Below are positions 23,733-37,036 of a stretch of 64,000 nucleotides of DNA, in pieces. Source of the stretch: Squalus acanthias (Eukaryota); assembly GCA_030390025.1 (NCBI GenBank), contig CM059432.1, positions 44,580,001-44,644,000 on the forward strand, in the 5' to 3' direction. A program made the translations under genes and the position numbers. Under the pieces are notes generated by a model. It saw only the letters and a list, made by a program, of their open reading frames with translations, was not told the origin of the DNA and ran no database searches. The number at the start of each line of letters is the position of its first letter. Position 1 is the first letter of the stretch.

Positions 23733-25565
23733 TGTAAGGGGTGAGACCTGTGGCTCTGTGCTTAGCCTGGGTGCTAGTGCGAGGTTAGGCCTTGTTGCCT
23801 GTTCTGGTCTCCAGCCAGCCTGGTAACACTAGACACCTGTGAGTGGTTCGACCCACTCGCCCTTACGGTTCTGACACTGGACTTAGGTGCGAGAGCAATA
23901 ATGCAGAGAAAACTCAGGTAGACCCGGTTGAATAGTGCGAAATGGAAAATCTTTATTGCATATTATTCAAGATTACGAAATACATGTCATAAGCACAGAT
24001 TAATGACAGTACAATCTTACACGCAGTTATGTAACTAATTTTAGGGAAACGAGGAGCGCACGACACATCGAAAAAGGGGGCACACATTACAATTATCCTT
24101 AAAACTTAAACCCTCCCCTATCAATACCTGTCCTAAACTAGATTTGTAGGATCGAGACTCATGCTCACCACTCGTGATAACTCGGAGAATTCCGAAACTC
24201 TGCTCGGGTGTTTTTCCTGCAGCACCTGACTATCCACGTGTTGATCAGGGGTCTCTGTACCCCACTTGTCTACTCGTTTCTGCTCCGGCTAGCAGGCTGG
24301 ACCGTCTGCTGTCATGAAGATCTGTGTTGTCCTCGGAGTTCCGACACGACTCAAAAAATAGTCTTCCTGTGCCCTCACCAGTTTGTAAAACTCAAAGAAT
24401 GGTCTTCCTGGGCAAGGAAAAGTGTTTATTCGACTTGCAGGCGCGGTCGGGGCTTACTGACCGTGGCGATACGTATTGTCGTCTTCTTCTCTTCTCATCT
24501 CATCTCATCTCATCTCGGGCCTTCGGTTCCAACACCGTTTACCGACTTCTCGGGATGGTGTGCCCGTTTCAAGGCCTCACAGCCCAGTTCTACACAGATC
24601 TTCGCGGCAAGCCACGAGGTTGATCCTGGCGGATCAGAGTCCAGAGCCGTCAGGCAAGAGAATAAAAGTTCGATAGTCTTCCAGCAAGTCAAACAGCAAG
24701 AGCTGCAAGAGGCAGAGGCACGAGGCAAGCGGCAAAGAGTCAGGCGGCAAGAGCAAGAGGCAAGAGACAGATGGACGGTTGTACCTTACAGTTATAGTGC
24801 TGTAATTCCTCTTTTCCCGCCCAATCTTAATGTCTTTCTTTTGTCAGGGTTTTGGCGCTCAAACTTCTTGTATAGGGTGATCTCCGTTTTTAATGGGTTT
24901 CGGTGATACTTGTAACTGTCTGAGTACCCGTTAATACTTCTCCCATTGTGGAACCGGTCAGTATTCTCCCTGGAGGGGTTTTGGGGCTTCCAAATGTTTT
25001 CTGTAACTACCCGCAAACGGCTCTCTCATCGTAGAGTCGTGGGGATTTTGCATATTAATGTCTTTGGATGGGTCCTTGATCGCTCGGTACAATAGCCCTT
25101 ATTCGCACCTGGGAGACCGATTCCAGTATTTATGTATAAAATGCAAACCCATTATGTCTTGTCAATTATCTCAAATGTGCTGAGTCTTGTACGATCTCGC
25201 ACAAATGTTTATTGGAACGCCATCTTGTCTGCTCATTGAAAGTCTAGAACGTTCTGCCACGAGGCGTGGCGGCCATTTTACAGGCTGTTTGTGTCCACTT
25301 TGAAAACCTGACAGCATTCTGCTGAAATAAAACTGTTTGTACGAAACTTTATGTCTCCTTCTTATTTTATAAAATCGTGATAATTTTGCGAATTCTACAA
25401 TTGGCTCTCTGGTAAATCTACTCACCATGTTAGTACAAGTCAATAGACTACTAAACGTCAGTACATTATGGTTGTGAGGGCAGCAGCCACCACATCCAGA
25501 ATGACATACTACGTAGGGTCTATAAAGTGCTCGATCCTTCCAAAGCTTGGCAGCCAATCCTTCAC
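23733..25565 (-). mobile_element. Probable solo LTR (boundaries approximate)
   Basis: CpG-retaining non-coding block in AT-rich flanks; starts TGTAAGG; minus-strand AATAAA near 23952-23957; TATA-like site near 24795 followed by CTCTTG repeats; no TSD confirmed. Confidence 0.45.
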
Positions 25566-26094
25566 CTCACTAGTAAATGGTACACATGTAATCGTTTAAA
25601 TATTTTCAACAAGCTTGTCATAGAATACCATTATTTATTTCTACAAAGATTAATTTTGCATTTATTTAACATGTCAACAAGAGCTCATCAATATGACCAT
25701 TGAACAGAAATGCCCCACATTTTTATTCACTTTGATATTTGCACAGGTACACTATGCAGGCAACCACAATTTTATGTCTATTCATTGGAAAAAAACAAAA
25801 GAAAACTGTAACGGTATTTATTTAATCATTTGAGTAAACTGTTTGGGTTAACCCCACATATAAATACCATATACGTCATTTTCCCCATGCTTCCATGGCT
25901 TTTCTGCTGAAGTTACACAGCCAAGTGGGAAAACCCCTACAGAAATTCAACCCCCCATGTGCTTAGCCACAGGAGGTTGATTAGTAATATATGAAAATTA
26001 AGGAGACCTCCTTTTTGTCATATTTATTTCATATTGTATTGGCTTAATAGTGGTGTTATGATATTGTTAATGCCTAGAGGTAATGCCTAAAGTA

Positions 26095-26430
26095 AAGAAA
26101 TAAAGAAAGAACCTGCAGTTATATAGTTCTTTTGATGATCTCAGGACATTGCAAAATGCTTCACAGCCAATGATGTACTTTTGAAGTGTAGTCACTATTA
26201 TAACATAGAGAAACATAGCAGCCAGTTTTCATACAGCAAGGTCCCACAAACAGCAATAATCTATGTTAGTGATATTGGCCAGGACCCTGGGAGAACTTGC
26301 CTGCTCTTCTTCAAATAGTGCTGTGAGATCTGAGAGGGCACAATGGAGCCTTAGTTTAACATCTCTTCCTATAAGACAGCATCTCTGACAGTGCAGCACT
26401 CTCTCAGTACTGCACTGAAGTGTTAGCTTA
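26095..26430 (-). mobile_element. DeuSINE, diverged and internally deleted
   Basis: Reverse-complement similarity to 43030-43451. Confidence 0.7.
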
Positions 26431-26442
26431 GGAGGACACAAA

Positions 26443-28221
26443 GGGCTGGATTTTGCCAGCGCTCAGAGGGCGGGTTTGGAGGCGGGTCCACTGTCAAAAT
26501 AGCAAAGATTGACAGTGGGTAGGAAACCCGCTGTCAACCCGCCTCCACGCGAGTCTCCCAGGTGTCGGGTCTGTCAACGGCGAACTGACCCGACACCAAG
26601 TGGTGGGGGAGACAATTGAGCTCATTAAATGGCTTGTTAAGAGCCAATTTAATGGTATTATGAGGCTTCCTTCCAATTTTACGTGCTCCCCCACGGGTTA
26701 CCCGCTGCTCGGGGAACACGCCAGTTCACCCTGGCGTGCGTTGAGTCTGCTCTGATGTATCTGATAAGCTGACAGCTGCAGAAATGGTGTAAAGGATGCC
26801 ATGTTGCAGATGGTCAGTTTCAGAGCGCAGAAACTGTTGGTTACTGCATTTGTAATACATATAGAGATTTCTTTAACTTGCAAATGTTTAGAGCCAACTG
26901 TATGTCCAGTGCCACCTCATTGGAACAACCTCTCTCACCATTGACAGATCGCTTCTGTCATCTCACCTGCAGCTGACATCTATTGCAGCAACATCGATGT
27001 CCTAGAAACTATCTCATCTTGCTCCTTTGATTCCTTCCACGCTCAGCCTCAACAGCAACATCACCAGGCACACCAGCAGCACCAACAACAACACCAACCT
27101 TCTCCGCCATCACCTGATGCTGCACAGGGCATCAGCCCCTGACAACATTGCTGCCCGGGAGGCCAGCGATGGCATCACCATGGCCAGATTTACTTCACTT
27201 GACGCTGTAAACATTGGCTGCCACATGATACGCCAGGTTGACACCATCCCACACCAACACCATAAAGCATCCCTTTAATGTCCAAGCCATTCACACTCAT
27301 CGCTATAGCGGGGGTGGGGGATAGTTATGTCTCAACATTCACTGGAACTCAGTAAGACACTTCTCAAGGTGTGCACAGATCTGTCCAATAAGGGGCAGTG
27401 TTGAAAATATAGATTTCACTGTATGACAACACATTACCAGAAACTTCACATGGACATTGGCTAAACCTCTCAAGTGCTTACCCTTGTGTGTTGCTAGTTG
27501 GTATGCTTGCAGTAGGATGAGGATGAGTGTGAGGGGTGGCTAGTGAGATGGGGAAGTGATAATGTAGATAGAGAGGGATGGGTGGAGGTGCAAGGTAAGT
27601 TGTTGTGAGTAAGGATGTGCAGGAGAAGGCTATGGAAGGCAAAGTGATGGGGATGTGTCGAGTGGCACAGCAGGGTGAGTTTGAGTGTGGCTTTGCAGTA
27701 ACGTTTTGTGATCCACTGAGATCATTGAAAGGTTGGCACTACTGCATTCAGGGACCCCTGACAACATCCCTGCTTTTGCCCTCCTGTGCAATGTGCAACC
27801 AGGCTGTGTTGGTGTCCTGGGGAGGTCTCTTCCGCCCTTGGAAGGGAAGAGAACCTCCCTGCACGCTGTGACTCTCTCCATAAGCATATGAAGGGAGTCA
27901 TTGGAGAGCCTGGGTGCAACCGTCCACCTTTGTGCAGTGCTTGTCAGTGTTTGCAGCACCTCAACGCTGTAAACACTGACAGCACAACTGTCAAACTCAA
28001 TGTGGCCGTGGTCCCTTTAAGGAAACCGGCTGATGACGCGTCATCAAATGACGTCATCAGACCCGCTTCCTGTTAATTGGCCGGGAAGCCCGCAGCGTGG
28101 GCTTAACAAGGCCAATCAAGGGAAAATCCCTTTGACAGAGCGGCTGCAGCCAGGAGCGGGACCGGAACCCGACAACCAGGTATCCCGCCAACATCCCGAC
28201 GCCACTGATAAAATCCAGCCC
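26443..28221 (+). mobile_element. Non-autonomous Harbinger with both TIRs; retains Myb/SANT exon 1 remnant on the minus strand
   Basis: Perfect 12-bp TIR GGGCTGGATTTT / AAAATCCAGCCC; TSD AAA within a CR1; VAPRLSNDSLHMLMERVTACREVLFPSKG. Confidence 0.88.
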
Positions 28222-28820
28222 AAAGAATCTGCAAAGGGGTATAGACAGGTTAAGTGAGTGGGCAAGAAGGTGACAGATGGAGTATAATGTGGGGGAATGT
28301 GAGGTTATTCACTTTGGTAGGAAGAATAGAAAAACAGAATATTTTTTAAATGGTGAGAAACTATTAAATGTTAGTGTTCAGAGGGATTTGGGTGTCCTTG
28401 TACACGAATCACAGAAAGTTAACATGCAGGTACAGCAAGCAATTAGGAAGGCAAATGGTATTTTGGCCTTTATTGCAAGGGGGTTGGAGTACAAGAGTAA
28501 GGTAATCTTGCTGCAATTATACAGGGCCTTGGTGAGACCACACCTGGTGCACTGTGCACAGTTTTGGTCTCCGTACCGAAAGAAGGATATATTTGCCTTA
28601 GAGGGCATGAGAGGGTTGTCCTATGAGGAGAGATTGAGCAGAATGGGCTATACTCTCTGGAGTTTAGAAGAATGAGAGGTGATCTCTTTGAAACATATAA
28701 GATTCTGAGAGGGCTTGACAGGGTAGATGCTGAGAGGCTGTTTCACCGTGGCTGGAGAGCCTACAACTAGGGGACATAGTCTCAGGATAAGGAGTTGACC
28801 ATTTAGGACTGAGATGAGGA
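28222..28820 (+). mobile_element. CR1 LINE fragment
   Basis: MEYNVGECEVIHFGRKN...RPHLVHCAQFWSP. Confidence 0.88.
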
Positions 28821-29879
28821 ATGGGAAGAGGACATGAGTCCAGGCAGAGCAACACCAGCTGCTGCAGGAGAGAGGGACAGGAGAGACCGGCGAGGAGCAC
28901 TCCTCCCTCCCTGCGGGTACAGGACGTCCCTCCTCCTCTAGACCTCCTCCACCAGGACCTCCAGTGCCTTGTCCGGGAACCTATGCGCCCGCTTTAGCGC
29001 CTAAAGTATCCATTGAAAATTGCCTTCAGTAGCTGCTAGAAGCTAGTATTGAAATCACGATTTTTGTGGTCATGAGGTTTCTAAAAATAAGTTTGAGAAG
29101 GTTTTAGCTGTTCCTGCATACTTTAAATAACTAAAATTAATTGCTGCCTGCCAGAAGCTTTGCTTTGCACATTGCTGCTACTTTGAAGGTGTCTTCCCCT
29201 GTGAATGTATTCTTGCTTCTCCAGCAGGCTCAAATGGCATCAACATACCAAACAAAAGTAAAGACATCTCATTTCGACAATGGCAGCAATGGCTGTAGGC
29301 TGTGCAACAAAGCAAGGCCATGTTGTTACTTGCCATAGGGAGAAAAAACACCAAGATTGTAAGCCAAAGTGAGGAGCAAGTCAACTCCGGCAGCACTCTA
29401 TTCTGCACATGGCTGCAGTGCCAGAAAAAGTTCACAGATCCCTCCAGAAAGGGCAAGGCAGGCTACTGGCCAGCTACGCTTTTTGATAAAGAATAGGTAA
29501 TGGTTCTGTGCATTCTGTTCCTCACAATCTCTATTCTTTGGCACAGGCCCTGAAATCCATCTGGCTTCAGTCTACTCTACCTTCCTTTCACACTACTCCT
29601 TCCCCTAGCATGGTCCAAGCTCCCAAGCTAGAAAGGCGCCTCAGCCTTTACCAGACTACCTTCTCACATGGGCTTGGTAACTGGCACCGTACATTGTAAT
29701 TAGCGTCATCTCTGTTTTATCCTTACATAAGAAATCACCACATAATCGCAGACAGCAGAACCAGGCACAGCAGCAGCACCAACAACAGGAGCGCCAACCT
29801 TCTCCTCAGCCACCTGATGCTGCGCAGGGCAGAGGGTGTCAGCACAGGGCTGCACTGCGCCGCAGGAGATACACCCAAC

Positions 29880-32843
29880 TTCTTCTTAGGCAGTCCCTTG
29901 GAACCGAGGATGACTTGCTTCCACATTAAAAATGAGTTCTTAGGTGACTGATGAGTCCAATGCGGGACCTACAGTCTCTGTCACAGGTGGGGCAGACAGT
30001 GGTTGAAGGGGCGGGTGGATGGGGTGCCTGGGTTGACGTGCGCTCCTTGCGCTGTTTGTGCTTGGCTTCCGCTTGCTCCCGGTGAAGAGACTTGAGGTAT
30101 TCGGCGCCTTCCCGGATGCTTCTCCTCCACTTTGTGCGGTCTTGGGCCAGGGATTCCCAGGTGTCGGTGGGGATGTTGCACTTTTTCAAGGAGGCTTTGA
30201 GGGTGTCCTTGAAGCATTTCCTCTGCCCACCTGGGGCTCTCTTGCCGTGTCGGAGCTCCGAGTAGAGCGTTTGTTTTGGGAGTCTCGTATCGGGTATGCG
30301 GACGATGTGACCCGTCCATCAGAGCTGATCGAGCGTGGTCAAAGCTTCGATGCTGGGGATGTTGGCCTGAGCGAGAACATTGACATTAGTGTGCCTATCC
30401 TGCCAATGGATTTGCAGGATCTTACGGAGGCAGTGTTGGTGGTACCTCTCCAGTGCTTTGAGGTGCCTGCTGTACATGGTCCATGTCTCTGAGGCATACA
30501 GGAGAGTGGGTATTACTTCTGCTCTGTAGACCATGACCTTGATGGCGGGTTTGAGGTCCTGGCCTTCAAACACTCTCTTCCTCCGGCAACCGAAGGCTGC
30601 ACTGGCACAGTGAAGACGGTGTTGGATTTCGTCATTGACGTCTGCCCTTGATGACAGTAAGCTCCCGTGGTATGGAAAGTGGTTCACGTTGTCCAAGGCC
30701 TTGTCATGGATTTTGATAATCGGGCGGTAGTACTGTGTGGCGGGGGCAGGATGGTACAGGACCTTTGTCTTATGGATGTTTAGTGTAAGGCCCATGCTCT
30801 CGTACGCTTCGGTGAAGGTGTTAACGATGGTTTGGAGTTCGACCTCCGAGTGTGCGCAGACGCAAGCATCGTCTGCGTACTGTAATTCAACGACAGAGGA
30901 TGGGACGACCTTGGATCTGGACTGGAGGCGACGGGGGTTGAACAGTTTCCCGTTTGTTCTGTAAATTAGCTCCACTCCAGCGGGGAGCTTACTGAGGGTG
31001 AGATGGAGCATTGCAGCAAGGAAGATTGAGAAGAGCGTTGGTGCGATGACACAGCCTTGCTTGACCCCGGTCCGTACGTGAATTGGGTCTGTGGTGGAAC
31101 CTTTGGTCAGGATCACAGCTTGCATGTCGTCGTGAAGTAGGTGGAGGATGGCGGCAAACTTTTGAGGGCAGCCGAATTTGAGGAGGATACTCCATAATCC
31201 CTCACGGTTGACAGTGTCGAAGGCCTTTGTGAGGTCAAAGAAGACCATGTACAGTGGTTGGTACTGTTCCCTGCATTTCTCTTGTAATTGACGTGCGCTG
31301 AAGATCATGTCCATTGTGCCCCTTAGTGGGCGGAATCCGCATTGCGACTCTGGGTGGAGCTCTTCAGCCACTGGGAGAAGGCAATTGAGGAGGATTCTTG
31401 TGATGACTTTCCCTGTGGCAGACAGCAGGGAAACTCCTCTGCAATTATCGCAATTGGACTTGTCACCTTTCTTGAAGATGGTCACAATTACGGCGTCTCT
31501 GAGATCCCCTGGCATGCTCTCCTCCTTCCAGATAAATGAAATGAGTTCATGAATTTGCACCAGTACTGCTTCTCTGCCATGCTTTAGTGCCTCGGCAGGG
31601 ATTCCATCTGCTCCTGAGGCCTTGTTGTTCTTTAGTTGTCGGATGACCTTTTCAACCTTATGCCGGGCTGGGGTTGTGCTGAGATGGTAGCGGTTTGCAT
31701 GCTGCGGGATGGAGTTGAGGACACTCGCGTCGAAGACAGAGTCTCGGTTAAGGAGATCTTCGAAGTGCTTCTTCCAGCAGGCACTGACTGCCTCCCTGTC
31801 CTTGATGAGTACCTCTCCATTCTCGGCCTGCAGTGGGGTAGGACCATGGGTGCTTGGGTCATAGGCAGTCTTGACTGCGCTAAAGAATCCACGCACGTCG
31901 TGGTTGTCAGCTAGCTGCTGGATCTCCTGCGCTTTCTCCACCCACCATCTGTTCTTTAGGTCGCGAGTTTTTTGTTGGACCTCGGCCTTCAGGCGTCTGT
32001 AGAGCTGCTTTCTTGCTCTCGAGTTCTGTTGCTGTTTCCAGATCAGGAATGCCTTGTGCTTGCGGCTTATTAGCTCCTGGATCTCCTGGTCGTTCTCGTT
32101 GAACCAGTCTTGGTGTTTCCTGGTCGAGTGACCAAGCGTCTCTTCACAGGTGCTGATTATGGAGGCCTTGAGTGCAGACCAGGTGCTGTGGGCACTCTGT
32201 GTCTCTGAATCACTGGGAGTCGTCAGGTTGTTTGTGAGGCGTAGGCTGAATAGGGCTTTCTTAGCGGGGTCTTTGAGTGCTCCAGCATTGATTTTCCTGC
32301 GGCATTGTTTCTGTTGCTGCCGCTGTTTTGGGGCTACATTGATGGAGATGACAGAGCGGATTAGGCGGTGGTCTGTCCAGCAGTCAGCAGCTCCTGTCAT
32401 GGCGCGGGTGATGCAGATGTCCTTGCGGTCCCTCGCTCGGACGATGACGTAGTCCAGCAGATGCCAGTGCTTGGAGCGAGGGTGTTGCCATGAAGCCTTG
32501 TACTTGTCTCTCTGACAGAACAAGGTGTTGGTTATGACAAGGCCATGTTCTAAGCATTTCGTCAGGAGGAGGGTACTGTTGGAGTTGGCTTTCCCTACCC
32601 CTTCTCTGCCGCTCACACCTCCCCAGAGGTCTGTGTCCTTTCCAGCTCTGGCGTTAAAGTCGCCAAGGAGGATCAGCTTGTCGCCCGTTGGGACTCGGGA
32701 CAGGGATTGTTCGAGGCTGGAGTAGAATTCCTCTTTGGTCTCGTCTGTGGCTTCCAGTGTTGGGGCGTACGCACTGATGACCGTAGCGCACTGGTTCCGG
32801 GCTAGGGTGAGCCGAAGAGTCATGAGGCGCTCGTGACTCATGA
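29880..32843 (-). mobile_element. RTE-clade LINE, 5'-truncated, young
   Basis: 840-aa ORF 32841-30319 (SAYAPT, LGDFNAR, WTDH, GVKQGC, LQYADD); C-terminal CPTC..HLRTH in a shifted frame; (AAG)n tail; 9-bp TSD ACMCCCAAC at 29871-29879 and 32844-32852. Confidence 0.93.
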
Positions 32844-32873
32844 ACCCCCAACACAGGGTTTACAGGCAGAGGA

Positions 32874-33949
32874 TGAGCTTCCTCAACATGAGTGAGCAGC
32901 AGTGCCTAAGGAGGCTGAGAATTTCGTGAGAGGTAGTCGCTGACATCTGCACAATGCTGCACCAAGACCTGCAGCCCAGAGGAGCGGATGGACACTCCTT
33001 ACCAGTGGCTGTCTAAAGTCACCACCGCCCTCAACTTCTTTGTTTCAGGGTCCTTCCAGGGATCAGCAGCAGACATCAGCGGCATCTCCCAGTCGGCCGC
33101 ACACAGTTGCATCAGCAGATTACCGATGCCCTGTTTGCCAAGTCGCACAATTATATCCACTTCTAAACGGCTGAAACAAGTGTTAGCGCATGGGCTTTTG
33201 GGTTTGCCAATCTGGCAGGCTTCCCAAGGGTGCAGGGCGTCATCGACAGCACATATGTGGCCATCAGGGCACCTCATCACAACCCAGCTGTATTTGTGAA
33301 CCGCAAGGGCTTCCACTCCCTTAACGTCCAGCTGGTGTGTAACCACAGGAAGAACATTATGCATGTTTGTGCCAAGTTCCCTGGCAGTTGCCATGACTCG
33401 TTCATCCTGCGGCAGTCCACTGTGCCTCAGCTGTTCAATCCGCCAACCCAACTTTCTGGATGGCTACTTGGAGACAAGGGCTATCCCCTGAAGACGTGGA
33501 TAATGACACCAATGAGGAGGCCATCAAACGAAGCTGAAGAGCGCTACAATGACAGCCACAATTCCACCAGAAGCATCATAGAGCAAACCATAGGCTTGAT
33601 CAAAATGCACTTCAGATGCCTGGACAGATCTGGTGGAGCTCTTCAGTACGCAGCAGCCAAGGTGTCCAGAATCATCGTGGTCTGCTGTGCCCTACACAAC
33701 ATTGCACTACAGCGTGGCTTACCACTTCCTGAGGAACAACTGGCAGAGCGCAGAGCCTCCTCCTCCTCCTCAGATGAGGAGGAGGAAGAGCCGAATGAGG
33801 CTGCAGATGAGGAAGACCTTGAGGCGGCGGCTGTCCCAGTGCCAAAAGCACACGAGCATATTGCTGGCCATGTGGCAAGGGTTGCACTAATCCATGCTAG
33901 ATTCGCGCAACTTTACGCAGCAAAGACATGTCCTGGCACATGGATATGA
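32874..33949 (+). pseudogene. Harbinger DDE transposase (HARBI1-like), with stops and frameshifts in the 5' half
   Basis: [61 protein letters not shown]. Confidence 0.92.
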
Positions 33950-34195
33950 GTGTTTGCAGGACCTTCATTACACGCCATACAGCATCTGTACAATTAACTG
34001 TGCATTCCTATCACTCTCCCCACCATCACTGCAGATGAAAGGCACACTCACCCCTCAGTGTGCCACTTCCAATTCTGAGCACACATAGGCCAACTCTTTG
34101 AATCTTTGACATCGCATTTGTTTAATACAATAGAAATAAAGATGACAAACGTTACTTTGTATTATATCAAAACACCCAAGTGACTACCCTTGTGA

Positions 34196-36095
34196 CTATT
34201 TGTGTGTTAGATTTCTCTTACGCATGCTTCTACGTGGTGCTTCCCCTGTGGCTTCAGCAGATGTAGAGGCAGCTTGCTCACTTCCCTCCTGCACCTGCTT
34301 AGATGCCTTTGGTGGGCATCCTCTGGGTTTGGGAACCTGTGAGGGCTCCACAAAAGTCTGCTCCTCCTGCGGCTGTGCAGGGGCAGAGATGCCCATCTCA
34401 GTTGGGTGAGGAATCTGGGGCTCTGACTGAGGGCCCCGCAGTGGCATGGGAGTGTGAGTGCTTGGAGAGGAGCCCACACTTCCTTGTTGTCAACCACCAA
34501 CATCCCTCCCATGGGTCACCCACACTTCACTGCTAGCAAATAGCTGGAGAGCACCTTGCTGTACATCAGTGGGGCCATGAGGACCCATTTCTGTGCTGAC
34601 ATTCCTCATAATAAGGACGCCCATGAACCTCTGGTTTCTCTCCTCAATAGATGCCATCTATCCTCTATAGATGACCATCTATTAAGAAGTGTTACCAAGT
34701 TCTCCTGAGTCTGGCGATTTATGTCCTCCATGGAGGTTGTCATCCTTTCCATGGCGGCACCTACATTCGCCATTGCGTGCACCATGGCATTGCTCATGTT
34801 TGACATGGACTCCTCCATTCTCTGCACACTTGCAGTTACCATGGTTGCGAACCCTGTCAGAGACTCCTGCACTTGTCCCTGAAGCTCCAGCACTGCTCTC
34901 TTTCTGGATGGCCCCAGAGGCACAGGGTCCACATGCAGCTGAGCAGAGCTAGGAGTGCCCTGCGACCTCTGACGAGGACTCTCCACTGCTGTCCTTGTCT
35001 CCACCATCTGCTCATGCTCACTTGTGAGCTGTGATACACCAGGTGACAACACTACTCTATCTCGCAAACTACCCACCGAGGTGTGGGTCTCTGCGCTGGT
35101 ACTGGGTGCGCTCATTTCTGCTGACGCTGCTCCCTCAGAGGCTGCAGGTTCCTCTGAGGAGTCGTCCAGCTCTTCCTCCTGGTCAGTGGGGAGGGGGGCT
35201 CTCAATGGTCCTGTGGGGGAGTACAGGCATGAGTTAGACATGTGATATTTAAGTAGCAGACAAATCCCATTGGGCAGATGATCAGAACTCAATCTCTAGG
35301 AACATCATATGCCATATCAGTCACTCATGAAATCTAAATGAGAGGGTTGCAAATCTATTCTGTCACCAGCTTGCTCTACTGTGCCCGTCTCTCCATCCCC
35401 CACTTCCAGCTCCTCTGCACCTCCGACAATCTTGATAGCAGCCTCCTTGCGCCATGGAAGTTGGGCCTCCTCCTGTCCTCCCCCTCTCCCTCTTATTGTG
35501 GGCTCTCTTTTCCTGCAATGAGGGACACAAGTGGAGTTTCAGCGAGATTGATGGAGTGAGTGTAAAGAATCCATAGTATAGATGCTTAGAGGGAGACAAA
35601 GATGGAGTGAGGTGCCAATACCAAGGGCCCTCCCTGTGCATTGTTAGTTGTTGTCATTGCATAACAGTGAGAGCAAGTGTGAGAGGTGCATAGTAGGATG
35701 ATGAAGTGATTCTGTACATAGAGAGAGAGGGATTGTTAGGGGTGCAAAGGATGTAAGGGTAAGTTGGGATGTGGAGGAGTAGGTTGACAATGCAGAGTGC
35801 TGATGATGAGAAGAGATGGGAGGCAGATTGAAGGTAAGTGTGATGTTATACTCACTTTTGCTGAGCGTAGCAGATCATTGAACCTTTTTCTGCACTGCAC
35901 CCAAGTGCGTGCACACAACGACCTAGCACTTACCTCCTCAGCAATTTTCAGCCAGGCTGCCTTTGTGTGCTGAGGAGGCTTCCTCCGTCCATTGGAAGGG
36001 AACAGAACCTCTTTGTGCCCTCTTACTCCCTCCACAAGAGCATGGAGGGAGTCATCATCAAAGCAGGAAGCAGCCTTGGCTCTTGGAGCACTCAT
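34196..36095 (-). pseudogene. Harbinger Myb/SANT-like DNA-binding gene, three exons, frameshifted
   Basis: Exon 1 36095-35856 (MSAPRAK..AWLKIAEEV..WVQCRKRFNDL..K|GTGAGT); exon 2 from 35512 (TTGCAG|EKRAHNKRERGRTGGGP); exon 3 from about 35210, ending in basic PRRSMRKR. Confidence 0.85.
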
Positions 36096-36272
36096 CTCGC
36101 AAAGACCAGCACTCAGGAGCATCAGAAAGTAAATGAAACCCAAAGGCTACATGGGCCCCTTAAATACAGTTGAGTCAAAGACATCAGCAAAGGTGAGCAG
36201 CAGACCCGCACCCATTGATTGGGCCGGGTAACGCACAGCGGGCTTAATAAGCCCAATCTAATGAAAATCGTT

Positions 36273-37036
36273 GGGCCAGAAATTCGGCTTTCTGGCTTCC
36301 TGCGGGTGCAAGCATCGCGCGCGTACTTGCCTACCGCGCCTGCAGTTGTGCTTTGGGCCCACGAGGACTTCGGGTCCTGGGCCTCCTCCAGCTGCCGGCG
36401 GGCAGTGCTTGTGTATCCCAGGGACGCAGTTAGTTCGAAGCGTCCCCTGGGATCACGTGGACCATGGAGAGCCAATCCTAGCAGGGCATTTTCATTCATA
36501 GATTTGACAGGAAGATCTGTCAAATCTATGAATAGAGATCGGCCCCAAAACCACACTTAAACTTCAAATAAATTGAAAAAAAACATCACATTTTTAAAAT
36601 AACTATAAGTTAAATAAATTAACTACTTTAAACAAAAATTTAAATTTTTGAAAAAATTAATTATACTTTTTAACGGTGCTAAAAATAAACTTACCTTTCT
36701 TTAAAGTATCTAAAAAAGATAAAGCTGTTGAAAAAATGTTTAAATTGTAATTAATTAACCACTTACCTTGTTAAAAACAGGCCTTGCGCCTCCTTTTTAA
36801 AAGTGCAGCTTCTCCATACTTCCCTTCCCGGAGAAACCTGAAAAAAAAAACGAAGTGTGCTGCGTGCGCACAGCCTCTCCCGTGCATGCGTTCGACTTCT
36901 GAACCCCTCCCTTCAGGGGAACGGAAGTTCCGGTTTCCCACGCATGTGCAGTGCATGCAGAAAACCGGCACTCCAGGTGGCCTTACGGGTGAGTACACAG
37001 CGCGCACTCACCCGACAAGAGCCAAATTTCTGGCCC
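36273..37036. mobile_element. Harbinger-type MITE nested in the subterminal region of the large Harbinger
   Basis: Perfect 12-bp TIR GGGCCAGAAATT; flanks GTT/ATT; AT-rich core; related to 46053-49134 in the opposite orientation. Confidence 0.8.

Noticed and set aside
24208..24906. 232-aa ORF
   Set aside because: GTG start, runs through simple repeats, no recognisable domain
33230..33949. Host HARBI1 gene
   Set aside because: Multiple disrupted paralogs in the window, a TIR, and an adjacent Myb partner indicate transposon copies
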